Translations under genes and position numbers: made by a program
Notes under the pieces: model-generated
What the model saw: only the letters and a program-made list of their open reading frames with translations
Told to the model about the DNA's origin: nothing
The model's database searches: none
Assembly: GCA_034530875.2 (NCBI GenBank)
Contig: JAVRCJ020000003.1
Location: 96,001 to 160,000, forward strand
Direction of reading: 5' to 3'
Source of the DNA: Nostoc sp. DedSLP01
Lineage (GTDB): Bacteria > Cyanobacteriota > Cyanobacteriia > Cyanobacteriales > Nostocaceae
Length of the DNA: 64,000 bases
Part shown: positions 29,412 to 40,112 of the stretch, in pieces
Numbering within the stretch: position 1 is the stretch's first letter
How the letters are laid out: the number at the start of each line of letters is the position of its first letter

Positions 29412-29481
29412 TTAGAAATGAGGTATTTTATTTGCTGAAAAATTTTTTAGCGTTTAATATTGGGTAAAATAGTATAAAGAT

Positions 29482-30969
29482 ATGCAAAATAATACTATTA
29501 GAAATAAGTCACAAAACTCCCCTCTACTTTTCTTATCCGCTTTAGCTATAGCTATTAGAATTTATAACATTAATTCACCAATTATCGGTATTCATTCCTG
29601 GCGTCAGTCAGATACAGCAGCAATAGCCAGAAATTTTTATGAGAATGGTTTTAATTTATTTTATCCTCAAATCGACTGGGGAGGAAATTCCCCTGGTTAT
29701 TGCGAAACTGAATTTCCCATTTATTCATTTATTGTTGCTCTGATTTACAAGCTTTTTGGACTTACAGAGTTTTGGGGAAGATTAATATCGATTATTTGTT
29801 TTTTAGTAGCTCTGTACTTTCTCTATCAGTTGGTTAGCAAAATTTTAGATTCAAAGATTGCAGCTTGGTCTTGTTTATTTTTTGTAATTTTGCCTTTGAA
29901 TGTTTATTATAGTAGAACTTTTCAGCCAGAATCAATGCTGTTGATGTGTTCAGTTATCGGTATCTACTATTTCTATGATTGGTTGGAATCAGAAAAATTA
30001 CAACATTTAATTTTATCAGGTAGTTTTGTAGGTTTGGCTTGTCTAATTAAAGTTTTACCAATAATATATTTAGGAATACCACTATTTTACTTAGCATGGA
30101 CTAAATATGGTATTAGAATTTTTGCTCAAATATCTCTGTGGATTTATAGCATATTAATATTAATTTCTGTAGCTATCTGGTATTATCATGCTCATCGAAT
30201 ATTTCTTGAATATGGTAATACTTTTGGTTTTTGGTCAGGCTCAACAAATAGATATGACTACAATATTGTACTTACCTTCAAGTTTTGGACTGAAATTTTA
30301 TTTAGAACTTGTATCAGGCATTTTGCTATTTTTGGGTTTCCCATATTTTTATTAGGTTTAGTAATTCCTAGAAAAACTCGGCAAGAATATGTATTAGATG
30401 TTTGGCTAATTTCAGTAATATTAACTTGGATATTAGTACCTGTTACCAGCCTAGTTCATGAATATTATCAACTGCAATTTATGCTTACAGGAGTGATATT
30501 TATGGGTAAAGCTTGCAGCGAATATTTTGATAAAGCTTGTCAATATGTTAATTTGCAAAAATTTATAGTATTTTGCATCTGTCTAACTGTAGCTGCTGGC
30601 TCTGTTATTTATACTATTGATTATATGTTTAAAGAAAGAACAGAAAAGTCAGGTGTTTTTCACCTAGCACAGCAAGTAAAACAAAATACTCAACCTAATT
30701 ACCTAATAATTGCTACTACTGGTAGCGACCCGACATTACTTTATTTATCACATCGAAAAGGATGGCTAATTAATCACAGCGATGTCACTGAGGAATATAT
30801 TTTATCTAAAGCTAAATTAGGAGCGAAATATTTAGTAGGAAGTTTTAATTTTGTAGAAAGTTATAATTTGTTTGTGGATGATAACCAAAAACAAAAAGTT
30901 GAGAATTTTTTAGAAAAACATCAAAATATTCTCAAAGATAATACTAATTTCATTACAAAATTACGATAA
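29482..30969 (+). CDS. GT-C glycosyltransferase, ArnT/PMT-like
   Basis: HSWRQSDTAAIARNF, EFPIY, YYSRTFQPE and HEYYQ; many transmembrane segments. Confidence 0.8.
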   Translation: MQNNTIRNKSQNSPLLFLSALAIAIRIYNINSPIIGIHSWRQSDTAAIARNFYENGFNLFYPQIDWGGNSPGYCETEFPIYSFIVALIYKLFGLTEFWGRLISIICFLVALYFLYQLVSKILDSKIAAWSCLFFVILPLNVYYSRTFQPESMLLMCSVIGIYYFYDWLESEKLQHLILSGSFVGLACLIKVLPIIYLGIPLFYLAWTKYGIRIFAQISLWIYSILILISVAIWYYHAHRIFLEYGNTFGFWSGSTNRYDYNIVLTFKFWTEILFRTCIRHFAIFGFPIFLLGLVIPRKTRQEYVLDVWLISVILTWILVPVTSLVHEYYQLQFMLTGVIFMGKACSEYFDKACQYVNLQKFIVFCICLTVAAGSVIYTIDYMFKERTEKSGVFHLAQQVKQNTQPNYLIIATTGSDPTLLYLSHRKGWLINHSDVTEEYILSKAKLGAKYLVGSFNFVESYNLFVDDNQKQKVENFLEKHQNILKDNTNFITKLR

Positions 30970-30971
30970 TC

Positions 30972-31015
30972 AAAAAAGCTGAGACTCTAATGTATCCCTA
31001 AAAGAGTATCTCAGC
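30972..31015 (-). terminator. Intrinsic terminator of the NRPS gene
   Basis: On the minus strand, stem GCTGAGA...TCTCAGC followed by T6. Confidence 0.65.
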
Positions 31016-31047
31016 GATCGATAAATTTTTATCTTTCCAAAATGGAG

Positions 31048-34000
31048 TTAATTTTTTGGAGACTGTGCCTGAATTAAGCAATTAGTCAAGGTTTGAGCTA
31101 ACACCTGTACGTGGGGTTCATAAAGTAGAGAAAGGTGAGAACCGGGAATGTAACGTACATCTAATCCCCCAGCAACTATCTCACCCCAACCAAATTGAGG
31201 ATCGTATTGTATGCCGATACCTTCGCCTCGGTTTTTGTCTTCAGTTCGCAACAAAATACCTCGACCGGGATAAACTGGGTAAGTATATTGATTAATAGCT
31301 TGAGTATTAATGTCTATACTTTTTAAATGGTTGTCAGTTTCCGGTAAATCAAGTGTTGCTTCTAAGTAACGCTTGTATGTATTTTGGAGGCGTGACTTAT
31401 TCCAAGCACCCCATTTGATAATCTTTCGCCAAATATAGCCAGCTCCTTGTTGCAAAATATTGTTTAAATGCAAGAAAATTCTTTTTACAAATGGCGATCG
31501 CTTGCTATAACCAGGACGACAACTATCAAGGATAATTAGAATACCAATTTCCTCACCTTGTTCGGAAAGTTGTCGAGCCATTTCAAAGGCAACTGCACCC
31601 CCAAAGGAATAACCTCCCAGAAAATAAGGACCATCAGGTTGCAAGGTCTTAATTTCTTGAATGTAGTGCGCGGCCATGTCTTCAATACTGGTATGGAAAG
31701 TGTTTTTTCCATCTAGCCCCCGTGGTTGTAGTCCGTAAAATGGTTGTTCCGGGCCGAGATGTTGTGCCAATTCCCGGAAGCATAAAACTTCTCCACCTAG
31801 TCCGTGAATACAAAAGAAAGGAGGCTTGGAACCATTTGGTTGAATTGCTACCAGGGATGACCAAGTAGTTGTTGATTTGTCTTTTACTGAAGTCTTGTTT
31901 GTTAGTAAATCTTCTTCTGGAGAGATGATTTTGGCTAAAGCTTCTATAGTACTTGACTGGAAGAGAGTGGCAAGGGGCAGATTTTGATTAAATGTTTTCT
32001 CAATTTGCCAAAATAATTTGACTGCAAGTAAAGAGTGTCCTCCTAATTCAAAGAAGTTATCTTTAATGCCAATGGGTTGGACACCTAAAAGTTGTTCCCA
32101 AATCTGTGTTAGCTGGCGTTCCACTTCATTGCGGGGAGCAACAAAAGTCGCTTCTGGTTGTTGTCTTGATGAGTCGGGCGCGGGTAGGGCGCGGCGGTTG
32201 ACTTTGCCGTTGGGAGTTAGGGGCATGGCGTCCAGCACAACGAAAGCTGAAGGTAGCATGTATTGTGGCAGCTTTGTTGAGAGGAAGTGCCGGACTTCGC
32301 TAATTGTGATGGCTTTCTGATTTGGGATAATGTAAGCTACTAAACGCAGGTCTCCTGGAACATCTTCTCGGGCAATAACTACAGTCTGAAGTATATCTGG
32401 ATGTTGGGCTAACACCGTCTCGATTTCCCCTGGTTCGATGCGGATGCCACGAATTTTAACTTGATGATCTCGGCGACCGAGAATTTCTAGAGAACCATCT
32501 GGACGATAGCAACCGCGATCGCCTGTATAATAAACCCAATCTCGTTGGTCATTCCCAAAGGGATTTTTGACAAACCGAGAACGGTTTTCTAGTTGAGCGT
32601 TGATATAGCCCAAACTCCTAAATGGTGTGCGGATGACAATTTCGCCAGGTTCGCCAATACCGCAAAGTTGATTATTTGCTCTTAAAACTAGTGCTTGGGT
32701 TTCTGGCAATGGCATTCCTACTGGCTGTACTCCTGGGGTACATTCAACAGGTACTCGATAATAACACTTGGCCAAAGTTGTTTCTGTCGGGCCGTAGAGA
32801 TTGACAATTTCTCCTGATTCCGGGAAAGCATCCCGCCACCGAACTACCAGTGTTTCCTTGAGAGGTTCGCCGGCAAAAAATAACCAGCGTAAGTTATGTA
32901 GAAAAACTCCTTCAGGTACGTTACCTAACCAAGATTGTGCCAAGGAAGGAACTGTGTGCAGTACAGAAATTTGCTCGTTTTCCAAGTAACGCAGAATTCT
33001 AGTTGGTTCTAAGTTATCGCCTTCCTCTGGCAAACACAGGGTTGCACCGCTAGTCAAAGGTAAGAAAATATCTCTGAGGACGACATCAAAACTCAGACCT
33101 GTCAATTGGGCAACGCGGTCTTGCTGACCAATTTTAAATGTCTGCCGTTGCCAGTTGAGAAAATGTGCCATTCCTTTGTGACAACCCAGCACGCCCTTAG
33201 GTACGCCAGTGGTACCGGAAGTAAAGAAAATATAAGCTGCATCGTCACCAGTGATTTTAGGCAAATTTATGGTTTGAGTGTTGCCTTTAGGTGAATTGAT
33301 GATTTCTCCCGTGTGTGGGTTGACACAGATAGTTATTAAAGATTCGGTTATGGCTTTGTTTTCAGGGGTCTGGCTATCTATATATAATATGTATTTAGCT
33401 TTAGCTTCCCTGAGCATGAGCTGATGGCGATCGCTAGGCAGCTTCGGATCGAGTGTCATTAGCACACCACCACTCAACAGTACGCTGAGCATACTTGCAA
33501 TCAGCCCAAAGCTGCGCGTCCCAAACACAGCTACCACATCTCCCCGTTGGACTCCACGAGCTAATAAAGCCTCTGCTAAACTTTGAGCTGTTTTGCCCAA
33601 TTCCCCATAATTCCAACTACGAGTTCCTTGACGAATTGCTGAATGTTCTGGGATGGAGTTGACCCAAGACGCGAACATTGTTGTTACCAATTCGTACTCT
33701 GGTTCTGGCAAAACCGCCCTTGGTTCTGGCAGCAAAAATTGCGCTTGTGGTGTGACCAGGGAATACAAACCAATTTGTTTATCTGGAGTCGCGACAATTT
33801 GATTCAACAAATGATGGAATTGATGAAGCATTTCCATCATCCGCTGTGGAGTAAACAAATCGGTGTTGTAGACTAAATCGAGTTTGATTCCCTGGTTTTG
33901 TTCTGTGACATACAAAGTTAAGTCAAACTTAGAAGCCGTTTCTAGCATCGGCACTGGTTCTACAGCCACTCCAGGTATTTCCAGTTGGATGTCTCTTAAA

Positions 34001-36981
34001 TTAAGCATATTAAACCACACTTGAAATAGTGGGTTGCGGCTGGTATCCCGTTCTGGTTGCAGTTCTTCTACCAGTTTCTCAAAGGGCATATCTTGATGGG
34101 CATAAGCGCCCAATGCCATTTGCCGGACTCGACTTAGCACCGAACGAAAACTGGGGTTGTCGGAAAAATCAGTCCGTAAAACCACAGTGTTAATGAAAAA
34201 TCCAATCAAACCTTCAATTTCCGAACGGTTACGTCCAGCAATGGGGGAACCAATAAGAATATCTTCTTGCCCGGTGTAGCGGTGCAATATTGTTCCAAAA
34301 GCCGCCAACAAGGTCATAAATAAGGTGACACCTTCCTGACGGGACAATTCTGTAAGCGATGCACTCAAGCTTTGGGGTAGCATTAAAGACTCAGCCGCCC
34401 CTTGATAAGTTTGCACTGGCGGCCGCGGTCGGTCTGTAGGCAATTCCAGTACAGTGTTAGCATCTGCTAATTGGGTTTTCCAGTAATTTGCTTGGCTGGA
34501 AAGGACTTCACCCGATAGCCATTGGTGCTGCCACACAGCAAAATCAGCATATTGAATCGGTAATTTTGCTAGAGGGGAAGGTTTGCCGTTTAACAAGGCT
34601 TCATAAACGGCTGCTAACTGCTGCCAGAGAATACCCATTGACCAGCCATCTGAGGCGATGTGGTGCATGACCAACAAAAGTATCTGCTCTTTTTCGGTGA
34701 TTTGCAGCAAGTTAGCCCGCAGCATCAAGTCAGATTCTAAGTTAAAGGGCTGTTGCGCTTCTTGAGTCAGGAGAAATTGCGCTTGCTCTTGCGTAACTTG
34801 AATTACTTGGAGTTCAACCGAGCGAGGCGTACCAATTACTTGTATGGGGCTACCGTCGGGTGATTTAATAAAGTTTGTTCGCAGTGCTTCGTGATGAACA
34901 ACGATCGCATCTAGTGCCTGTTGCAGTACACCCAAATTTAATTCGCCCGTTAAGCGCTGTGCATCGGCAATGATATATGCCCTGCTGTTGGGTTCCAACT
35001 GCTGCAAAAACCACACTCGCTGCTGGGCAAAAGATAAGGGAACTGATTCGCGGTTGGCTATTTGGGGAATGCTTTGATTTTGGGAATTATTTTCTAGAAT
35101 TTGGTTTTGAGTAATCGTTTGAGCTAAATTAGCGATCGTGGGATTCTCAAACAAAACTTGCAACGCTATTTCTATCCCTAAGGCTTGGCGGACTCTGGAC
35201 ATAACTTGAGTCGCCAGCAGTGAATGTCCCCCCAATTCAAAAAAGTTGTCGTGGATGCCTACTTGTTGCAAACGCAGAACTTTCGCCCAGATGTTAGCCA
35301 AGACTTCTTGTGTAGGATTCTGGGGTGGGACAAAGTTAGTTGATATCGGGTGGGATATATCTGGCGCAGGTAAAGCGCGACGGTCTATTTTCCCATTGGG
35401 ATTTAATGGGAAAGCGTCCAAAAATACAAAGCTGCTAGGCACCATGTATTCTGGCAGCCGACCTTGCAAAAACTGTCGTAATTCAACCTGACTAGGAATT
35501 TGCCCGGGACTAGCAACGAGATATGCCACAAGTCGCTTATCTCCAGGAACATCTTCTCTGGCTACGACTAAAGTCTGCATCAGTGCTGGATATTGGCTGA
35601 GTACAGTTTCAATTTCTCCTAATTCAATCCGAAAACCACGTATTTTTACTTGGTGGTCAATACGACCGAGGAACTCGATATTACCATCGCTGTTGTAACG
35701 TACCAAGTCACCGGTTTTGTAAAGACGTGTCCCTTTTTCAGAGCTAAAAGGATCGGTAATAAACTTTTCTTGAGTCAATTCTGGACGGTTAAGATAGCCC
35801 CGCGCTAGACCAATACCGCCAATATACAGTTCCCCTGATTCGCCAACAGCTACAGGTTGCAAATTTTCATCAAGGATGTAAATCTGTGCGTTGGTAATGG
35901 GATGACCAATGGGAGCAATGGTATAGTTACTGCCTCGCTGACAAGTCCAGAAAGTGGTATCTATGGAAGCTTCTGTCGGCCCGTAACAATTATGTAAAAC
36001 ATTGTCCAAATTCAATTGGGCAAAGAACCGTTCTATAAGTTCGACGGGTAAAGCTTCACCACCGCAGGTAACGTGTCTGAGAAGTCGGCAATTCTCAATT
36101 CCCTTTTCTTCCAGTAAAACCCGCAGTATTGAAGGTACTAAAGCTAGGACAGTAATTTGCTGTTCGCTAATTACTTTTACAAGATAGCCAGCGTCTTGAT
36201 GTCCGCCAGGACGAGGCATAACTAATTGCCCCCCAAAGCACAACGGCCAGAATATCTGCCATACTGAGGGATCGAAGCTAAAAGAAATGGTCAGTAAAAC
36301 TTTGTCTGCTTCGGTTAATCCAAAGGTTCTTTGCCGCCAGTACAATTGATTGCAGATTCCACGGTGAGGAATCATTACACCTTTGGGCTGTCCTGTAGAA
36401 CCAGATGTATAAATTACGTAAATTAAATTATCGGCCGTAGTTGCATTTACAGGGTTCTCTTGGCTGTTCTCGGCGTTTTCTTGCAAAAACAAGTCAAGAC
36501 AAATCACTTTTGCTTGATGCAGTGGTAGGTTGTTGACCAATTTTTCTTGGGTTAACAAGACTGGTGTTTGCGTGTCTTCCAAAATGAAAGCTAAACGCTC
36601 TTGTGGATATGATGGGTCTAAAGGCACATAAGCACCTCCAGCTTTGAGAATTGCCAACAATCCTACAATCATCTCTAAAGAGCGTTCTAGACAAATACCC
36701 ACAAGTACTTCCGGCCCGACACCCAAAGTACGCAGATAGTGCGCTAGCTGATTCGCTTGTTGATTTAACTGCTGATATGTAAGTTGCCTATTTTCAAATA
36801 CTACAGCAATTGCTTGGGGCGATCGCTCTACTTGCATCTCAAACATTTGATGGATGCAGAGATTCTCAGCGAATGCTTGAGTATCACTCCATTCACATAC
36901 AACTTCAGTGCCAAAGATGTGAGTTAAGGGATCTAACGGAGTATTTTTTTTAGATTCAGAAGTCTGATTATTTATCTGCAT
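31048..36981 (-). CDS. Non-ribosomal peptide synthetase, domain order A-T-C-A-T-TE
   Basis: A1: YTSGSTGQPKG, YGPTE, YKTGD. T1: FFELGGHSLL. C: MHHIASDGWS. A2: FTSGTTGVPKG, YGPTE, YYTGD. T2: GGHSLL. TE: GYSFG...GSH. Confidence 0.95.
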   Translation of the reverse strand: MQINNQTSESKKNTPLDPLTHIFGTEVVCEWSDTQAFAENLCIHQMFEMQVERSPQAIAVVFENRQLTYQQLNQQANQLAHYLRTLGVGPEVLVGICLERSLEMIVGLLAILKAGGAYVPLDPSYPQERLAFILEDTQTPVLLTQEKLVNNLPLHQAKVICLDLFLQENAENSQENPVNATTADNLIYVIYTSGSTGQPKGVMIPHRGICNQLYWRQRTFGLTEADKVLLTISFSFDPSVWQIFWPLCFGGQLVMPRPGGHQDAGYLVKVISEQQITVLALVPSILRVLLEEKGIENCRLLRHVTCGGEALPVELIERFFAQLNLDNVLHNCYGPTEASIDTTFWTCQRGSNYTIAPIGHPITNAQIYILDENLQPVAVGESGELYIGGIGLARGYLNRPELTQEKFITDPFSSEKGTRLYKTGDLVRYNSDGNIEFLGRIDHQVKIRGFRIELGEIETVLSQYPALMQTLVVAREDVPGDKRLVAYLVASPGQIPSQVELRQFLQGRLPEYMVPSSFVFLDAFPLNPNGKIDRRALPAPDISHPISTNFVPPQNPTQEVLANIWAKVLRLQQVGIHDNFFELGGHSLLATQVMSRVRQALGIEIALQVLFENPTIANLAQTITQNQILENNSQNQSIPQIANRESVPLSFAQQRVWFLQQLEPNSRAYIIADAQRLTGELNLGVLQQALDAIVVHHEALRTNFIKSPDGSPIQVIGTPRSVELQVIQVTQEQAQFLLTQEAQQPFNLESDLMLRANLLQITEKEQILLLVMHHIASDGWSMGILWQQLAAVYEALLNGKPSPLAKLPIQYADFAVWQHQWLSGEVLSSQANYWKTQLADANTVLELPTDRPRPPVQTYQGAAESLMLPQSLSASLTELSRQEGVTLFMTLLAAFGTILHRYTGQEDILIGSPIAGRNRSEIEGLIGFFINTVVLRTDFSDNPSFRSVLSRVRQMALGAYAHQDMPFEKLVEELQPERDTSRNPLFQVWFNMLNLRDIQLEIPGVAVEPVPMLETASKFDLTLYVTEQNQGIKLDLVYNTDLFTPQRMMEMLHQFHHLLNQIVATPDKQIGLYSLVTPQAQFLLPEPRAVLPEPEYELVTTMFASWVNSIPEHSAIRQGTRSWNYGELGKTAQSLAEALLARGVQRGDVVAVFGTRSFGLIASMLSVLLSGGVLMTLDPKLPSDRHQLMLREAKAKYILYIDSQTPENKAITESLITICVNPHTGEIINSPKGNTQTINLPKITGDDAAYIFFTSGTTGVPKGVLGCHKGMAHFLNWQRQTFKIGQQDRVAQLTGLSFDVVLRDIFLPLTSGATLCLPEEGDNLEPTRILRYLENEQISVLHTVPSLAQSWLGNVPEGVFLHNLRWLFFAGEPLKETLVVRWRDAFPESGEIVNLYGPTETTLAKCYYRVPVECTPGVQPVGMPLPETQALVLRANNQLCGIGEPGEIVIRTPFRSLGYINAQLENRSRFVKNPFGNDQRDWVYYTGDRGCYRPDGSLEILGRRDHQVKIRGIRIEPGEIETVLAQHPDILQTVVIAREDVPGDLRLVAYIIPNQKAITISEVRHFLSTKLPQYMLPSAFVVLDAMPLTPNGKVNRRALPAPDSSRQQPEATFVAPRNEVERQLTQIWEQLLGVQPIGIKDNFFELGGHSLLAVKLFWQIEKTFNQNLPLATLFQSSTIEALAKIISPEEDLLTNKTSVKDKSTTTWSSLVAIQPNGSKPPFFCIHGLGGEVLCFRELAQHLGPEQPFYGLQPRGLDGKNTFHTSIEDMAAHYIQEIKTLQPDGPYFLGGYSFGGAVAFEMARQLSEQGEEIGILIILDSCRPGYSKRSPFVKRIFLHLNNILQQGAGYIWRKIIKWGAWNKSRLQNTYKRYLEATLDLPETDNHLKSIDINTQAINQYTYPVYPGRGILLRTEDKNRGEGIGIQYDPQFGWGEIVAGGLDVRYIPGSHLSLLYEPHVQVLAQTLTNCLIQAQSPKN

Positions 36982-38669
36982 TTTATATATATCAACAACT
37001 CGCTAAAGTCTTTGGTTTCACTTGCGTTTCTGCTCAAGCCAATGCTTATAGAGGATTTTTAAACTTTATTTTATTTCCCAAATTATCATCAATAGATTTT
37101 AAACAAGTTTATGCATATCTTATCCAGACTCTTATAAAAGAGGACGATAACTTCAGCTTTTTGGTGAATAAGTAACAAGTGTAAAGTAGTAAAAATTTTA
37201 GTTTATGCGGTTCGCGGTTTTTTATATATACACCTCCTATTATTTCCGGTGAAAAACTGGTTATTAACTCGAAAAGCTTCATTTATGAATCTTTCCTAGC
37301 TGAATGCTACTACATCAAAGTTGCTTGTGAAAGAAGCACCCTTTGCTAGGGTTTTGTAAACAAGACGGCAGTTGCTCGTCAGTCTCTATACGCAGTACTC
37401 CAAAGATAAAAATAGCTTTTATACTTCAAAAGATACATATTTTAAATTTATTAATTGCTTTGTGTTTAATTTGCTAATTACGGGGATTTAGCTTTTTTAA
37501 TCAAAACTTTAAATCCGGAGATAACTAAATAATTTACATAGTACAAATATAAGTAATTAGTTATATATTAATTTACAAGTTTATAAAATTACACAAGATA
37601 CACCTATCTCTATTATTTTATATAGACTCCTTTAACTCAAAGATAATTATTACTGAATCTTCATTGTGATTCTTGGTATGTAAAATTACTGTAAAGCCTG
37701 AAAATAATCGCTGGAATAATTACGGAAATTCAGTAGAATTTTTACAAGTGGGTTTAATTGCCTAAACCCGTACTTTCTCATAGACAACATAAAATCGCCT
37801 TCAAGCGCGATTGAAATGCGAAAAATGTCAAAAAAATGACTTTCAATAAAGGAGTGAAAATGTCTAGAATGCAAATATAACAATGCTTATAGGTTTGAGG
37901 CATTGTTTACACTATTTGGATTGATTAAAACTGATTCTTGGCATCGCATGTTTGCGGAATAATTTATGGGTTTTGTCAAATAGGCATCGTATTTTATAAA
38001 TTTTTCGTCAGAATTTCGGAATACAACAGTCTGGATTTTCAATGACTCTGCGATCGATTGCCTATTAAGATGCCCAAACCTGACGTAAATCTAATCGCAA
38101 TTTCAAAGTTATGTAAAGTTTTGTTACAAAAATCAAAAATTTTGATGCATTTCGTTATATGTTATGTCTGTAAGTTTTTGTCAACAGTAATCATGCGTAA
38201 TAAGCAGAGAAGCTTCTAAGCAAGACTATTTTAGTCTTGTTAAAAATGCTACGTTAAACTCGAAAGGAGACTATGTTTTCCTGGAAGCGCAGCTCTGCAA
38301 TAGAACTGTAAGGTTTCATTACTTTGTGATTACGCACATTAAAGAGTTTCAATATTTTTAATCTAGTCTTTGTAAAATTATTAACAACAAGAACTCTAGT
38401 ATTAGGTCAAGGAACAATCCCCTGCTTCACATCAAAGCCTAAAATCTCCCGACTCAACTAGATCCTATCTTGTAACTAATATTAAATCTTTGGCTACTAA
38501 TTACACTTAATTACACCTAGATACTCAAAGATTTTTTGCTCAAGAGGTTCAAAGTTACTCGAAAAAGTCAGTAACAGTCAAATATAAAGGTCAGGTTTCT
38601 TGAAAAAATATGAGATACTCTACTTGCATAGTTTCCATCCAATTTTAACTACACCAAGTGTTACTAACT

Positions 38670-40112
38670 ATGAGTAATCAAAGTATTGCAACAAATAAAT
38701 TGAGTGAAGTACCTTTGGATCTACGTGCATCTGCATTTGTAAGGGTACGCAAAGGTTCCTGGTGGTTGAGAGTCACAACCCTATTTTTAGTAGATTGCAC
38801 TCTTTTATCCTTAGCTTGGATTTTAGCTGGGTATCAATCTTCTTACAAATATTTCCCTTGGGATACACCAAGTAATTATTTACCGATTCTAGTCGCTATT
38901 GCAATTCAAATAGGATCGTTGGCTCTCGAAGGTATTTATCGAGAAGGTCAAAAACGCTATGACTATTTAAATATTATTAAATCGCTTACCTTTGCTCATG
39001 GATTAATACTACTGGTTTGCTTTTTATACCAGCCAATCATAGATATTACAAGTCCGAGGTTGATATTATTATCTTGGTTATTCAGTACATTCTTTGTTTG
39101 TACTGGTAGATATACTGTCAATATTGTTCTTGAGTATCTCCGCAAACAAAAGAAAATAGTCCGTTCTTCTGTATTCATTATTTCCGATCCTCAAGACCAC
39201 GAGCAGATTGCTAGCTTTGTCAAAAAAGAGAAACACTATATTGTATCTGGAACGGCTAATGCTAATGCATTAGACAGGTATCAACGTCAACAGACATTGA
39301 ACCAACTTAACCAGTTAGGTGTCACAGAAGTTTTTATCTCTTGGGATGCTCTCAAAAATAGAATGTTCTTATGCTGGCTATTTCAAGCATCGGGTATACA
39401 AGTGCACATTATCCCGATGGAATTAAAACCAATTTATAGAAACGTAGAATTTAATAAAGTAGGAGGAATGCCTTGCCTGAGTTTAGATTGTCCGATAATT
39501 ACAGGTAAAGATTTTTGGATAAAGCGCATTTGTGATTTTTGTTTCGCCGCTTTATTCGTAATGTTAACGTTTCCTATCTATATAGCTATATCTATAGCTA
39601 TAAAACTGGATTCTCCTGGCACAGTATTCTACAAGCAAACTCGTATCGGTCTACATGGAAAACAGTTCAAAGTATGGAAATTTAGAACCATGAGATCTGA
39701 TGCAGACAAATTGCAAAAGGAATTAGAAGCTTTAAATGAGACAAAAGATGGGATTATTTTTAAAATCAAGGACGATCCTCGTGTTACTCGTGTTGGAAAA
39801 TTCCTCCGTCGTTACAGTTTAGACGAGTTACCGCAACTGTTTAATGTCATCTTTGGAGAAATGAGTATAGTCGGTCCTCGGCCTTTACCACTTAGAGATG
39901 TAGATAAATTTTCTGAGCATCATTTTATCCGACATGAAGTTTTACCTGGTGTTACTGGTCTTTGGCAAGTTTCAGGACGCTCGGATATTTTAGATTTTGA
40001 ACAAGTCATAGCTCTAGACATGAGCTACATCGAAAACTGGTCGCTGAGTTTAGACTTTGAAATTCTACTCAAAACAGTGATGGTGGTTTTGAAAAAAGAA
40101 GGTGCATACTAA
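38670..40112 (+). CDS. Priming sugar-phosphate transferase (WcaJ/WbaP-like)
   Basis: N-terminal transmembrane segments; KFRTM, DDPRVT, SLDELPQL, VGPRP and PGVTGLWQVSGR. Confidence 0.92.
   Translation: MSNQSIATNKLSEVPLDLRASAFVRVRKGSWWLRVTTLFLVDCTLLSLAWILAGYQSSYKYFPWDTPSNYLPILVAIAIQIGSLALEGIYREGQKRYDYLNIIKSLTFAHGLILLVCFLYQPIIDITSPRLILLSWLFSTFFVCTGRYTVNIVLEYLRKQKKIVRSSVFIISDPQDHEQIASFVKKEKHYIVSGTANANALDRYQRQQTLNQLNQLGVTEVFISWDALKNRMFLCWLFQASGIQVHIIPMELKPIYRNVEFNKVGGMPCLSLDCPIITGKDFWIKRICDFCFAALFVMLTFPIYIAISIAIKLDSPGTVFYKQTRIGLHGKQFKVWKFRTMRSDADKLQKELEALNETKDGIIFKIKDDPRVTRVGKFLRRYSLDELPQLFNVIFGEMSIVGPRPLPLRDVDKFSEHHFIRHEVLPGVTGLWQVSGRSDILDFEQVIALDMSYIENWSLSLDFEILLKTVMVVLKKEGAY

Noticed and set aside
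37686..37883. 65-aa minus-strand ORF in the NRPS/EPS gap
   Set aside because: TTG start, no RBS or recognisable motif, and composition typical of AT-rich non-coding DNA.
38112..38128. TGTA-N9-TACA resembling an NtcA site
   Set aside because: The spacer is one base too long for GTA-N8-TAC.
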